A DNA stretch of 64,000 nt from an uncultured Verrucomicrobiae bacterium (GTDB lineage Bacteria > Verrucomicrobiota > Verrucomicrobiia > Limisphaerales > Palsa-1400). Both the position numbers and the translations under genes were made by a program. Below the pieces are notes generated by a model. The model had not been told where the DNA came from and made no database searches. It was given only the letters and a program-made list of their open reading frames with translations. Positions within the stretch are counted from its first letter, which is position 1, and every line of letters starts with the position of its first letter. The stretch spans positions 5,024,001 to 5,088,000 of the forward strand of contig OY969763.1 in assembly GCA_963702845.1 (NCBI GenBank), given 5' to 3'. Shown here piece by piece: positions 39,704-49,851 of this stretch.

Positions 39704-41535
39704 TTATTTCGAGGAACGTAAGGCTTGGAGTTGCTGGCTGGCTTCGGGGTAGTTCGGTTTTTGTTTTATGGCGAGAAGGTATTCGGCTTCGGCTTCGGCT
39801 GACTTGCCTTGGCGGGCGAGGACGAAACCCAAGGCGAAATGGGCTTCGGGGTTTTCGGGCTTTATCTCGATGGATTTGCGAAATTCCTGGATGGCTTCGT
39901 CTGGTTTTCCACGTTGAGCGAGGGCGTTGCCAAGATTGTAGTGGCCCTGAGGATCGTCTGGGTTCAAGTGCAGGCATTCTTTGAATTCAGAAATTGCGGC
40001 ATCAAATTTTGCCTGCGCGGCGCCGGTTTTGCCTTGAGCGAGCAGGTTGTTTGCCTGGACGGCGTAGGAGTTGCCGAGATTGCCGTGGGCGCTGGCGCAG
40101 TGGTCGTTGCTGCGAAGCGCGATACGAAAATGTTCAATCGCTTCGTCGAGTTGACCTTTCATCGCGAGTGCGATGCCGTAATTGTTATGAGCTTCGTCGT
40201 AGTCCGGTTGGATTTCGATCGCTTTTTTGTAATCCTCAATGGCTTGATCCTGTTCTCCTTTGGTCCAGAGGTAATAACCGACAAAGGTGTAAGCGACGTG
40301 GTTGTCGCGGGTGACGGCAAGGGCGTGGGTGAAGAGGGTTTCACCATTTTTCCAATACGCAGCCTGGATGGGGGTGAGGACGCAGCACAGGCCGATGGCG
40401 AGGACAGCACCGGTTATCCGCGCTGCGCGGTTGCGGACGAATTCGATGGACGCCCACGTAACGACGATGAACAGGCCCACCGACGGCAGGTAACTGTAAC
40501 GGTCGGCCATGGATTGAGAACCGACCTGCACCAGCCCGATCACTGGAATGAGCATTCCCAAAAACCAGAACCAACCGGTGGCCAGATACGGTCGCGTACA
40601 AAATAGCGAATAGCGATTGCTGTTATTGCAACAAGGACAACGATTGAAGTGAGGATTTGCCACAATGGCCACTGGTCAGGATACGGATAGGCGACGGAGA
40701 GACGCGCCGGCCACAATGTTTTCCCGATGTAGCGCACGTAAGCGACAAATGTATTTTCGAGGCGGTGGCCTAAACTCAGACCGCTAAGTGAGGATGCAGC
40801 GGTACGTTGGACGCAAAGGGTGACAACGCTTGAGATCAGGGCCAATGCGATGAACGGAAGTTTTTCGAGCAGCAGCGGCTTGAGAGCGGTGAGGCTTATA
40901 TTGGAACTGTTGATGCGTTTGAGCGGCCAGATATCGAGCAGCAAAAGTACAAATGGCAGTGTGACAACCATTGGTTTGCTCATCAGGGCTAACGCGAAGA
41001 ACACCAGCGCCAGAGCAAACCATTTGGTGCGTTGGGCGGGTGTTTGCACGTAGCGGACGTAGGCGGTCGCGGTCAGAATCCAAAAAAAGGTGCTTAACAC
41101 ATCTTTGCGTTCCGCGATCCATGCGACTGATTCGACGCGCAGTGGGTGCAATCCAAACAGGGCCGCAACGAAGGCGCTGGCCCAAAGCGCGCCGGTCATT
41201 CGGCGCAGCAGCAGGAACATCAGAACTGAACTAGCTGCATGCAAGAGCAGGTTGGTGAAATGGTGACCAGTCGGATTCAAGCCGTAGATCTGAACGTCGA
41301 GCATGTGCGTGATCCAGGTGAGTGGATGCCAATTGCTGGAATGCGATGTGGTGAAAGCCCATTTCAGACTGTTGACGGTGATTCCGTGCTGAAGCTGTTC
41401 GTTTTCGGTGACGTAATCCGGATCGTCGTAATTGGTGAAATCGCAGTTCAACGCTGGCGAAAAAACGCCGAAGACGGCCAACGCCAAACCGAGGCAGATG
41501 AGGATGGTCAGCGTTTTGCTCTTTGGTTGCGCCAT
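39704..41535 (-). CDS. TMTC-like GT-C membrane protein with TPRs (copy 2); one frameshift near 40600
   Basis: NYDDPDYV, WHPLTW, LHPLRVESVAWIAERKDVL in 40540..41634; ADRYSYLP and TPRs in 39704..40672. Confidence 0.83.
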
Positions 41536-41700
41536 GAAAGGCACATTGTGGCGGCAAATTGCGGCTGAAGAAATGAATTTTTCGGAATGTCGGCGGTTGT
41601 TTGAGGACAGAGAGTTGTCAGCCGCTTCGGGCAAGCAGGAAAAGTCAGATGATTATTAATGACAGAGGCTTAGGCCGAACGTGGGTAGCGCAGAAATCTT

Positions 41701-41726
41701 GGGACGACTTGGAAGTCGTCCCTACC
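41701..41726 (-). repeat. GTAG-type REP-like palindrome
   Basis: GGGACGACTT-gg-AAGTCGTCCC-TACC; perfect 10-bp arms with GTAG on the minus strand. Confidence 0.7.
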
Positions 41727-41732
41727 GACGAT

Positions 41733-41978
41733 CTACTGTTTCTCGTATTCGCCTTTGCCGAGGCGTTTGAGGACGGTGAAGCCGGCTTTTTTGGCGTCGC
41801 TGACGGAAAGCGGTTTGAGTTTGATGGGGGAGCTGAAGGCAGAAATGACTTTGCGCACCGGCTTCTTGCAAGAGGGACAGGCTTTGAGCTCGGGAGCGCT
41901 TATCGGGCGACGCAAGGTGAAGTGGCCACCACAGACCACGCAGTTTCCATCGCAAAGTTCGTATTCGTAAAATGGCAT
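41733..41978 (-). CDS. FmdB family zinc-ribbon protein
   Basis: MPFYEY..C..C..F...CPSC..VRKVIS. Confidence 0.88.
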   Translation of the reverse strand: MPFYEYELCDGNCVVCGGHFTLRRPISAPELKACPSCKKPVRKVISAFSSPIKLKPLSVSDAKKAGFTVLKRLGKGEYEKQ

Positions 41979-42177
41979 CAGTTTTTCTACCGAGAGCGTA
42001 AACGAAGTTGGTTTCTAACGCAAAGACGCAATCCAAGTCGAGGGGTCGAAAGTCGAAAGTCGAGAGCCAAAAAGGGAACTGATAGCCGATTGGAAAATTT
42101 TACCAAAAATGCGCAACTTTTCCGGATAGCACTGCAAAGGGGCAAAGACGCAAAGAGATGAAATACGGATTTTTACC

Positions 42178-42282
42178 ACAGAGTCACAGAGGCACAGAGA
42201 TGAGAAAGAGGAGAGGAATGATGGAAAAACGACAGAACGGGATCTCACCTCAATCGCGACAACCGTTCCTCTGTGACTCTAT
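42178..42282. repeat. Inverted-repeat pair built from CACAGAG nonamers flanking 75 bp
   Basis: ACAGAGTCACAGAGG (42178-42192) versus CCTCTGTGACTCTAT (42268-42282), 14 of 15 complementary. Confidence 0.7.
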
Positions 42283-42368
42283 GTTTTTTAAACGTGTGGT
42301 CAATTCTGCGGCGGTTTTATCGGAAAATTAGTTGCCCGAATTTCGAAGAAAGTGGAGACTACACATAT

Positions 42369-43535
42369 ATGACAGGCTTTAAATCTTTGCCCCTGTCCTG
42401 TTCTCGCCGCGATTTTATTCGCCGCAGTGCTGCATTTGCGGCGCTCGCGTCAGCCAGCCCAAGCTTCGCCGCAGCGCTTTCACCGGAGATTCGTTCCAAC
42501 GCCAAGGTCGCCATTGTGGGATGCAAGACTTACGGCGCTGAAGTTAAACCGGCGTTGAAGCAGTGTTTCGATTTAATTGGTGGCATCCAGACGTTGATTA
42601 AAAACAAAACGGTCACGGTTAAGTTGAATCTGACCGGGACGAATTTCGGCCTGTTTCTCGGCCGGCCAGTGGGTGAAACTTACATGACTCATCCGGCGAC
42701 GGTGATGGCATTGACCGCGCTGCTCGTCGACGCAGGCGCGAAACGGATTCGTTACGTCGAATCGACGCAGAGCAAGTCGTCGCTGGAGAACAGCCTTGAA
42801 CTGGCGGATTGGGATGTCAAAGCGCTGTCGGCGATGGGCAATGTGATTTTTGAGAACACGCGCAATCTCGGGTCGAGCAAGTCTTACGCACATTTCAAAG
42901 TGCCGAACGGCGGGTTGATGTTTTCGGCGCTCGACCTGAATAAATCTTACGAAGAAACCGACGTGATGGTTTCGCTGGCGAAGTTGAAGAATCACGTGAC
43001 GGCAGGGGTGACGCTGTCGATGAAGAATTGTTTCGGGCTGACGCCCAACACGCTTTACGGCGGGCAGGCCGGGTCGGAAGATGCGACGGAGGGTCGCGGG
43101 CCGTTGCACTCGCCCCACGGTTACGATCAGATTAAATTACCCGGGCTGAAGCCGAGCCTGCCTTATAAAGATCCTTTCACGCGTGTGCCGCGAATTATTG
43201 TTGATGTCTGTGCGGCGCGACCGATTCATCTGGCAATCGTTGATGGTATCACGGCGATGAATCGTGGTGAGGGCCCGTGGACTGACCAAACCGGTGCCAT
43301 CAAGATGACCAAGCCTGGGGTTTTGATTGTTGGGTTGAATCCGGTTTCGACGGATGCGGTGGCAACGGCGGTGATGGGTTATGACAATCCGCGCGCAGCC
43401 AAGGGCGTGCACCCGTTCGAAAATTGCGACAATCATTTATTGCTGGCGGAAGAGGCTGGGTTGGGCACGGCGGATTTGAGCAAGATCGATGTGCGCGGGA
43501 TGCCGATTGCCAAGGCGATTTACAAATACGGTTGA
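42369..43535 (+). CDS. DUF362 domain protein with Tat signal
   Basis: SRRDFI twin-arginine motif, VKLNL, THP, KLKNH..AGVTLSMKNCFG, PVSTDAV. Confidence 0.85.
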   Translation: MTGFKSLPLSCSRRDFIRRSAAFAALASASPSFAAALSPEIRSNAKVAIVGCKTYGAEVKPALKQCFDLIGGIQTLIKNKTVTVKLNLTGTNFGLFLGRPVGETYMTHPATVMALTALLVDAGAKRIRYVESTQSKSSLENSLELADWDVKALSAMGNVIFENTRNLGSSKSYAHFKVPNGGLMFSALDLNKSYEETDVMVSLAKLKNHVTAGVTLSMKNCFGLTPNTLYGGQAGSEDATEGRGPLHSPHGYDQIKLPGLKPSLPYKDPFTRVPRIIVDVCAARPIHLAIVDGITAMNRGEGPWTDQTGAIKMTKPGVLIVGLNPVSTDAVATAVMGYDNPRAAKGVHPFENCDNHLLLAEEAGLGTADLSKIDVRGMPIAKAIYKYG

Positions 43536-43595
43536 TTGGTAGAACGCCGCAGTTGTTATTGCAAAATAACTGACAACGAACTACTGACTACTGAC

Positions 43596-44753
43596 ATGTT
43601 CCGCTTCATATCGTGCGCGCTCGGGCTGTTGCTCACGTCTTCATTCGCCGATGCGCAGCAGTCTGCTCCGGTCAAAAAACTGCGCGACATCGTCGTTTAC
43701 AAAAACGACAAGTTTTATAGTTCGTTCCCATCGATTGTTCGCCGGCCAGATGGAGAACTGATCGTGGCGTTTAGGCGCGCGCCCAATCGGCAGTTGATGG
43801 GTTCCACCGCCATTTCTCACACTGACGCGAACAGCTATCTCGAATTAGTGCGCTCGCATGACAACGGCGAGACGTGGTCGCAACCCGAATTGCTTTTTGC
43901 CCATCCGTTCGGCGGTTCGCAGGACCCGTGCATGGTTCAACTTCGCGACGGGACGATTGTTTGCAGCAGTTACGGTTGGTGCCTGATGCCTCCCAAAACC
44001 GAGAAAAACAAAGACTTGTTTCACCACGGCGCCTATTCGTTCCTTGGCGGCTTTATCGTGCGTTCCACGGATGGCGGACATCATTGGGGCGGGCAAATTG
44101 AGCCACCGCCGACGCCAGGTGATAAAACGTTCGATGTCTTCGGACGCGTCGTGCCGGCTTACAATCGCGGCGCGATGTGCGAAGGAAAGGACGGTCGGTT
44201 GTATTGGGTCGTCGCCTCAAAGCGCGCGACGGACGGGGAGCACACGTCCGTTCACCTTATGATTTCCGCCGATGAAGGGAAGACGTGGGCCTATTCGTGC
44301 CCGGTCGCTGCCGATCCGAAAATCACGTTCAACGAAACTTCGATATACGAAACGCCGAAGGGCGATTTGGTGGCGTTCATTCGGACTGAAGGCTACGACG
44401 ACCACTCCGTTATCGCGCGCTCAACTGATCACGGCAAAACTTTCGGCAAATGGCAGGACGCCGTGTTCCAGGGACATCCGCACTACGCGTTACAATTACC
44501 GGATGACCGCGTGCTGTTGATTTACGGGTATCGCCACGCGCCGTTCGGAGTGCGCGCGCGGGTTCTCGATTCCGAATGCACTGATTGGAGCGGGCCTGAA
44601 ATAATTTTGCGCGACGATGGCAAGCAGGGCGATTTGGGATACCCATGGGCGACGATGATTTCAAAAGATCGTGCATTGGTGGTGTATTACATTCACAGCC
44701 CGGAAGACATCAGTCACATTGCCGGAACTCTCGTCGAAATAAAATCGCACTGA
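43596..44753 (+). CDS. Sialidase-family (BNR/Asp-box) secreted protein
   Basis: Asp boxes SHDNGETWS, STDGGHHW, SADEGKTW, STDHGKTF; DLGYP. Confidence 0.85.
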   Translation: MFRFISCALGLLLTSSFADAQQSAPVKKLRDIVVYKNDKFYSSFPSIVRRPDGELIVAFRRAPNRQLMGSTAISHTDANSYLELVRSHDNGETWSQPELLFAHPFGGSQDPCMVQLRDGTIVCSSYGWCLMPPKTEKNKDLFHHGAYSFLGGFIVRSTDGGHHWGGQIEPPPTPGDKTFDVFGRVVPAYNRGAMCEGKDGRLYWVVASKRATDGEHTSVHLMISADEGKTWAYSCPVAADPKITFNETSIYETPKGDLVAFIRTEGYDDHSVIARSTDHGKTFGKWQDAVFQGHPHYALQLPDDRVLLIYGYRHAPFGVRARVLDSECTDWSGPEIILRDDGKQGDLGYPWATMISKDRALVVYYIHSPEDISHIAGTLVEIKSH

Positions 44754-44765
44754 GTTAACAGAATT

Positions 44766-45863
44766 ATGCGTTCACTTGCCATTGCTGTCACAGTGCTGCT
44801 GCTGAGCGGCCGAGTTGTCATGTCGCAAACGAATATTAATTATTCCAAAATCTGGTTGGAGCACACGCCGAAAGTGCCTGACCTGAACATTCCGTCAGAC
44901 GTGAAGCAGTGGGAACAGGATCGCGCCAAGATTCGCGCACAGCTTTGGAAATTGCTCGGCGATTTGCCGTCACGGCCAAAGGTACCGGAGGTGAAGACGA
45001 TTTCGCGCGAGGATCGTGGGGATTATATTTTGGAGAAATTCGAATTCGATAATGGCGCGGGAGCAACGGTGCCGGGTTATCTTTTTTTACCGAAGAACGT
45101 CAGCGGGAAAGCGCCGGCGATTCTCTACAACCATTGGCACGGCGGGACGTATCCTATCGGCAAAGAGGAAGTATTTTTCCAGAAGCACACGCCGCAGGAT
45201 CCTGGACCGACTTTTGCGAAGCGCGGCTATGTTTTGATTGCGATTGACTCGTACTGTTTCGGCGAACGCAATGGACAAGGGCCCAGCGGCGCATCCTATG
45301 ACAAAGCCGGCGGCGAGATGAGCGCGGCGAAGTTTCAATTGTGGTACGGACGCAGTCTTTGGGGGATGATCGTGCGCGACGACCAGATGGCGTTGGATTA
45401 CTTGTGCTCGCGACCAGAGGTAGACACGAACAACGTCGGCACGACGGGGATGAGCATGGGTTCGACGCGTGCGTGGTGGTTGATGGCTTTGGACGATCGC
45501 ATCAAAACGAGCGTGAACGTTTGTTGTTTCATGCGATATCAAAGTTTGCTGGAACACGATATGCTTTCGAGTCATGGGATTTATTTTTTCGTGCCGGGGA
45601 TGTTGGAGCATTTCGATTCGGAAGCAGTCATCTGTAGCCTCGCTCCCCGCCCTGCCCTGTTCATGACGGGTGACAAAGACCCGACATCGCCCGTGGATGG
45701 CCTTCATTTTCTTGAGGGGAAAGCAAAGCAAGTCTACGCGATCTATGGGAAACCCGAGAATTTCGAGAGCGTTGTTTACCCGAATCTCGCTCACGTTTAC
45801 CTGCCCGAGATGTGGCAAAAGACTCTTGCGTGGATGGATGCGCATTTGAAGACGCAGAAGTAG
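44766..45863 (+). CDS. Secreted alpha/beta hydrolase (dienelactone hydrolase / esterase-like)
   Basis: ALDYLCSRPEVD, GMSMG nucleophile elbow, GDKDP, AH. Confidence 0.85.
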   Translation: MRSLAIAVTVLLLSGRVVMSQTNINYSKIWLEHTPKVPDLNIPSDVKQWEQDRAKIRAQLWKLLGDLPSRPKVPEVKTISREDRGDYILEKFEFDNGAGATVPGYLFLPKNVSGKAPAILYNHWHGGTYPIGKEEVFFQKHTPQDPGPTFAKRGYVLIAIDSYCFGERNGQGPSGASYDKAGGEMSAAKFQLWYGRSLWGMIVRDDQMALDYLCSRPEVDTNNVGTTGMSMGSTRAWWLMALDDRIKTSVNVCCFMRYQSLLEHDMLSSHGIYFFVPGMLEHFDSEAVICSLAPRPALFMTGDKDPTSPVDGLHFLEGKAKQVYAIYGKPENFESVVYPNLAHVYLPEMWQKTLAWMDAHLKTQK

Positions 45864-46097
45864 CGTTGTTTGGGTGGCGGAACGCGTCCCTACCGGTCGT
45901 AAATTGCCATCGTGGTTTTTCCAGGGTGCTTTGTGAAACTCCGAGCCGGCGCTAGACGGACGGCGTAGTCGCTTCTACGTATTCGGACGAACTCGATTGC
46001 TGTGGTTCGCCCAATTTCCGAAAACGCATCTCTGGGGAACAGTCAGGCCGCCCGCGACTTGTATGTGACACTCGTCACTCGCGAGAAAATGGCCATT

Positions 46098-47678
46098 ATG
46101 AAATTAACACTACCCAAGCGCTGCGTTGGATGGAAAACGGTTTCGAACTTCGTTGTTCTGTTTTGTTTACTGCTCGCGGTTCCGTGGAGCCGCTCAGCAC
46201 CTGTGGTTGACACAGTCACAAAATTAACTGCGAGTGATGCGAGGACGAATCTGTTATTTGGGACGAGCGTGGCCATTGACTCTGGGCTGGCGGCGGTTGG
46301 TGCGGTGGATACCACGAACGGGGCTGTTTATACATACGCGCTGGTTGGCGGCAATTGGGTGCAGACGCAGAAGCTCACGGATCCGGCGCCGCCATGCGGG
46401 ACGGATGCGTTTGGGGCATCGGTTGCAATGCAGAACGGGTTGTTGGTGGTCGGCCAACCGCAAGGCTGCCCGAATCTCGATTTGTCGGGACAGGTGCTCA
46501 TTTACAAACTCGTCGCCAACACGTGGGTTTTGCAGCAGATCTTAATCGAAAATAATCCGCCGTTTCCGGTGAATGGGTTCGGGACGTCGGTGGCGGCGAG
46601 CAGCAACACGATCGTCGTTGGGAACCCGAACGATGCGACCGGGCCGGGCTCCGGCGCGGTTTCAATATTTACCAACAATGGGACAAGTTGGAATCTTCAG
46701 GCAAAAGTGACAGCACCGAATAACACGTTCCAGGCTTTTACAGGCCAGTCGGTTGCCGTTGAAGGCGACGCGCTGATCGCGGGAGCGCCTGGCATCGGGA
46801 TTGCAGGTGGAGCATTCGTTTTTCTCCGCACCGGCACGACGTGGACGCTGACCCAAACGCTTTTGCCAGTGATTCACACCGCCGCGAATTTCGGGGTATC
46901 CGCGGCGTTGCAAGGTGGCGTTGCAGTGATCGGAGCGCCGGGAGAAGCTGACAGTAATGGGATCGCTGGTGGTGCGGCGTTTGTTTATCGTCGTATGTTT
47001 AACTCTTTTGTGCAGCAACAGGAATTGACGCCGACGGCAAATGTGCGCGGGTTGGGCTTTGGCACTTCGGTTTCGGTCCTGAACGGAACACTTGTGGTGG
47101 GTATTCCCTTCCGGACGGTCAACGGCCACACCAACGCCGGAGCTGCGGACATTTTCACGGTGAACGGGACGAGTTGGGTGCTTGCGCAAGAGGTCGCCGC
47201 GTCTGACCCAAGCAACGGGGCGCAATTCGGTCACGCGGTCGATATTGGGCAGAGCGGGATTATCGTCGGGGCGCCGTTCGACAGTCAGATCCTTACCAGC
47301 GCTGGGGCTGCTTACATTTTTTCAACGAGTGCCAACAACGGACCGGTGATTGTCAGTGCGACGGCTAGTCCGAACGTGCTTTTCCCGCCGAATCACAAGT
47401 TGGTGCCGGTCACAATTACAGTGAATGCAACGGGCAGCTTCGTTTCGTGCGTTATTCTCGGAGTAAGGAGCAATCAACCGATTAACGGCACGGGCGATGG
47501 GAACGCTTCTCCTGATTGGATTATCACCGGTGATTTGACCCTGCTGTTGCGCGCGGAACGGGCTGGCAACATCAAGACCGATCGCGTTTACACCATCACG
47601 GTGTTGTGCGCTGACTCGTTAGGCAACACAGCGCGAAGAGACGTCCTGGTGACTGTGCCACACGATCAGGGCAAGTAG
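46098..47678 (+). CDS. FG-GAP repeat propeller protein with C-terminal PPNHK-type beta domain
   Basis: Repeats FG.SVA...VGAP..GA.Y.F; C-terminus LFPPNHKLVPVTI..LRAERAG..RVYTI..VPHDQ. Confidence 0.85.
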   Translation: MKLTLPKRCVGWKTVSNFVVLFCLLLAVPWSRSAPVVDTVTKLTASDARTNLLFGTSVAIDSGLAAVGAVDTTNGAVYTYALVGGNWVQTQKLTDPAPPCGTDAFGASVAMQNGLLVVGQPQGCPNLDLSGQVLIYKLVANTWVLQQILIENNPPFPVNGFGTSVAASSNTIVVGNPNDATGPGSGAVSIFTNNGTSWNLQAKVTAPNNTFQAFTGQSVAVEGDALIAGAPGIGIAGGAFVFLRTGTTWTLTQTLLPVIHTAANFGVSAALQGGVAVIGAPGEADSNGIAGGAAFVYRRMFNSFVQQQELTPTANVRGLGFGTSVSVLNGTLVVGIPFRTVNGHTNAGAADIFTVNGTSWVLAQEVAASDPSNGAQFGHAVDIGQSGIIVGAPFDSQILTSAGAAYIFSTSANNGPVIVSATASPNVLFPPNHKLVPVTITVNATGSFVSCVILGVRSNQPINGTGDGNASPDWIITGDLTLLLRAERAGNIKTDRVYTITVLCADSLGNTARRDVLVTVPHDQGK

Positions 47679-47710
47679 ACTGAACAGTTTCGGGACACCG
47701 CGATGATCAT

Positions 47711-47731
47711 TGTGCGGATTTGGTCCGCACA
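47711..47731. other. Inverted repeat between the FG-GAP paralogs (terminator or operator candidate)
   Basis: TGTGCGGA-tttgg-TCCGCACA. Confidence 0.45.
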
Positions 47732-47908
47732 TAAAATCGGGATCAGTCCCGCGGTAGGGGTTAGCGTAACGGGAAGCTCGTGTAACGCGGGCTTCTCCTT
47801 ACGTATTTTTCGTCCAAGCGCGTAGCATCCTCAGCACTGCGTCGACTACTTGACGTATGCGCCATTCCGCGTGAACGGTGTAAAGGAACATCGAACCGCA
47901 GGGGGAAA

Positions 47909-49789
47909 ATGAAACAGCCAACGTCAGGCTTTATTGTTGGTTGCTGTTTGGCAATGGCGCTGGTCATTGCCAGCACGACCAAAGCTGAGGTGGTCGATAC
48001 GGCAAAGCTTTTGCAGCCGATCGACCCACACTTGAATCAGGACTTCGGATATGCCGTCGCGATCAGCGGCACTAACGCGGTGGTGGGTGCGCCGGAGTCG
48101 GCGCTTCAGCCGGGTGCTGCATATGTATATAGCAAGTTTGGGACGAATTGGATTTTTCAGCAAAAACTTGTTCCCGTCCAGGCGACCACCAACTCTCTAA
48201 CGGGAATTTCGGTTTCAATCGATGGCGATCGGCTCGCACTCGGCGCTCCCGGCTTCAATACCAACCTGAGCACCGCCGATCCTGGAGTGGTGTATATCTA
48301 TCAACAAACGAATGGTGTCTGGGGACAACAGGCCCAGCTCTTCGCCCCTGACGGGCAGCGCGCAGATAAATTTGGGGTGTCGGTCGCACTGAGCGGACTC
48401 TCCATCGTCATTGGCTCGAGTTTCCATAACGATTTCGGGGAGACCAATAATGGCTCGATTTACGTATTTGATCTGACCGACGCGGGCTGGCAGTTGAGTA
48501 CAAAGATTGTGCCAAACGATTTGACGAACAGCTCGTTTTTCGGTCAACGCGTTGCCATGAGCGGCAATACGCTGATTGCGTGCGCCAGCAGTTCGTTGGT
48601 TTCGGTGGGCAACTTGTTCTTCGTCTCGCCGGGAGCGGCTTACGTTTATACGCGGACGAATGTTACTTTTTACTTCGCGCCTTGGAGTCTTCAACAAAAG
48701 CTTCTGCCGAACGACTTTACGGCCGACGGTGGGTTTGGTTATTCGGTCGCGCTCGATCGAGATACGGCATTGATTGGGGCGCCGTTTACAAGTGAGGGTG
48801 GAGCCGTGTTTGCTTTTAATCGCAGCGGGAACGTGTGGACACAGCAAACGCAAATTGTTTCGAGCGATTTGACCAACGGAGATAATTTTGGTTTCTCCGT
48901 CGCACTGCAGGGAACACGGGCGGTGATCGGAGCGGAAGGGAAGAATTCGAATAACATTGTTGGTCTCGGCGCGGCTTATGTATTCGCGGAAACGAATATG
49001 TTTATTGATACAAATGTATTTACCACAAACAGCACTGTGTTAGTTCAGACGAATACCTTTACTGACACCAATGCTTTTGCTCCCACGAATGCGCTCGATT
49101 CGCCCACTTTTTTGGCCCAGAGCAATTTGTTTATAGCCAACAGTGTATTCGCTGCGAACAATGTTGTGGATACGCCGAATGGACTGGGTTTAACCAACGG
49201 GGCTGGAACGACAAACAGCGGCTGGACAGAACAACAGAAACTGCTGCCGTTGCAAACGGCAAACAATTTTGAGTTTGGTTTTTCGGTTGGCATCGGCGCG
49301 CAGGGAATTCTCGTCGGCGCTCCTGCCGCTCAGATCGACCGCGGGACGGGGGCGGCTTACATGTTGGGCAGTTCGGAGTCGATTCTGTCGATTGTTTCAG
49401 CTACCGCCTCGCCGCCCGTCATTCTGACGCCGCGAAATCATTTGTTCGTTCCAGTCACAATTAACGTGGTCACGACGGGGTCGAATGTGACGTGCAGAAT
49501 CATTTCTGTGACCAGCAACCAACCAGACATTGGAATCGGTCCTAACGCGGACGCGCCCGACTCAATCATTACCGGTGATTTGACGGTGCTCCTGCGCGCC
49601 GAAGGAACGGACAACGTCAATGTCGACCGCGTTTATAACATCCTGGTCGCATGCACGGACCAGTTCGGAAACGTCGTCACAACGACTGTTTCGGTGGTGG
49701 TTCCGCATACGTTGGGCACAGCCGCCATCGACACTGGATCTATCTTCACCAATACCGCGCTATTCCCTAACGTTTTGCTGGGCCCTTAA
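47909..49789 (+). CDS. FG-GAP repeat protein, tandem paralog with an Asn/Thr-rich insertion
   Basis: Same repeat and C-terminal architecture as 46098..47678. Confidence 0.85.
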   Translation: MKQPTSGFIVGCCLAMALVIASTTKAEVVDTAKLLQPIDPHLNQDFGYAVAISGTNAVVGAPESALQPGAAYVYSKFGTNWIFQQKLVPVQATTNSLTGISVSIDGDRLALGAPGFNTNLSTADPGVVYIYQQTNGVWGQQAQLFAPDGQRADKFGVSVALSGLSIVIGSSFHNDFGETNNGSIYVFDLTDAGWQLSTKIVPNDLTNSSFFGQRVAMSGNTLIACASSSLVSVGNLFFVSPGAAYVYTRTNVTFYFAPWSLQQKLLPNDFTADGGFGYSVALDRDTALIGAPFTSEGGAVFAFNRSGNVWTQQTQIVSSDLTNGDNFGFSVALQGTRAVIGAEGKNSNNIVGLGAAYVFAETNMFIDTNVFTTNSTVLVQTNTFTDTNAFAPTNALDSPTFLAQSNLFIANSVFAANNVVDTPNGLGLTNGAGTTNSGWTEQQKLLPLQTANNFEFGFSVGIGAQGILVGAPAAQIDRGTGAAYMLGSSESILSIVSATASPPVILTPRNHLFVPVTINVVTTGSNVTCRIISVTSNQPDIGIGPNADAPDSIITGDLTVLLRAEGTDNVNVDRVYNILVACTDQFGNVVTTTVSVVVPHTLGTAAIDTGSIFTNTALFPNVLLGP

Positions 49790-49851
49790 AGATTGCCAAA
49801 CTGACAATTGGTAGTTGAACAGGCATGCCTGTCTTTAATAGCTTCTTACCT

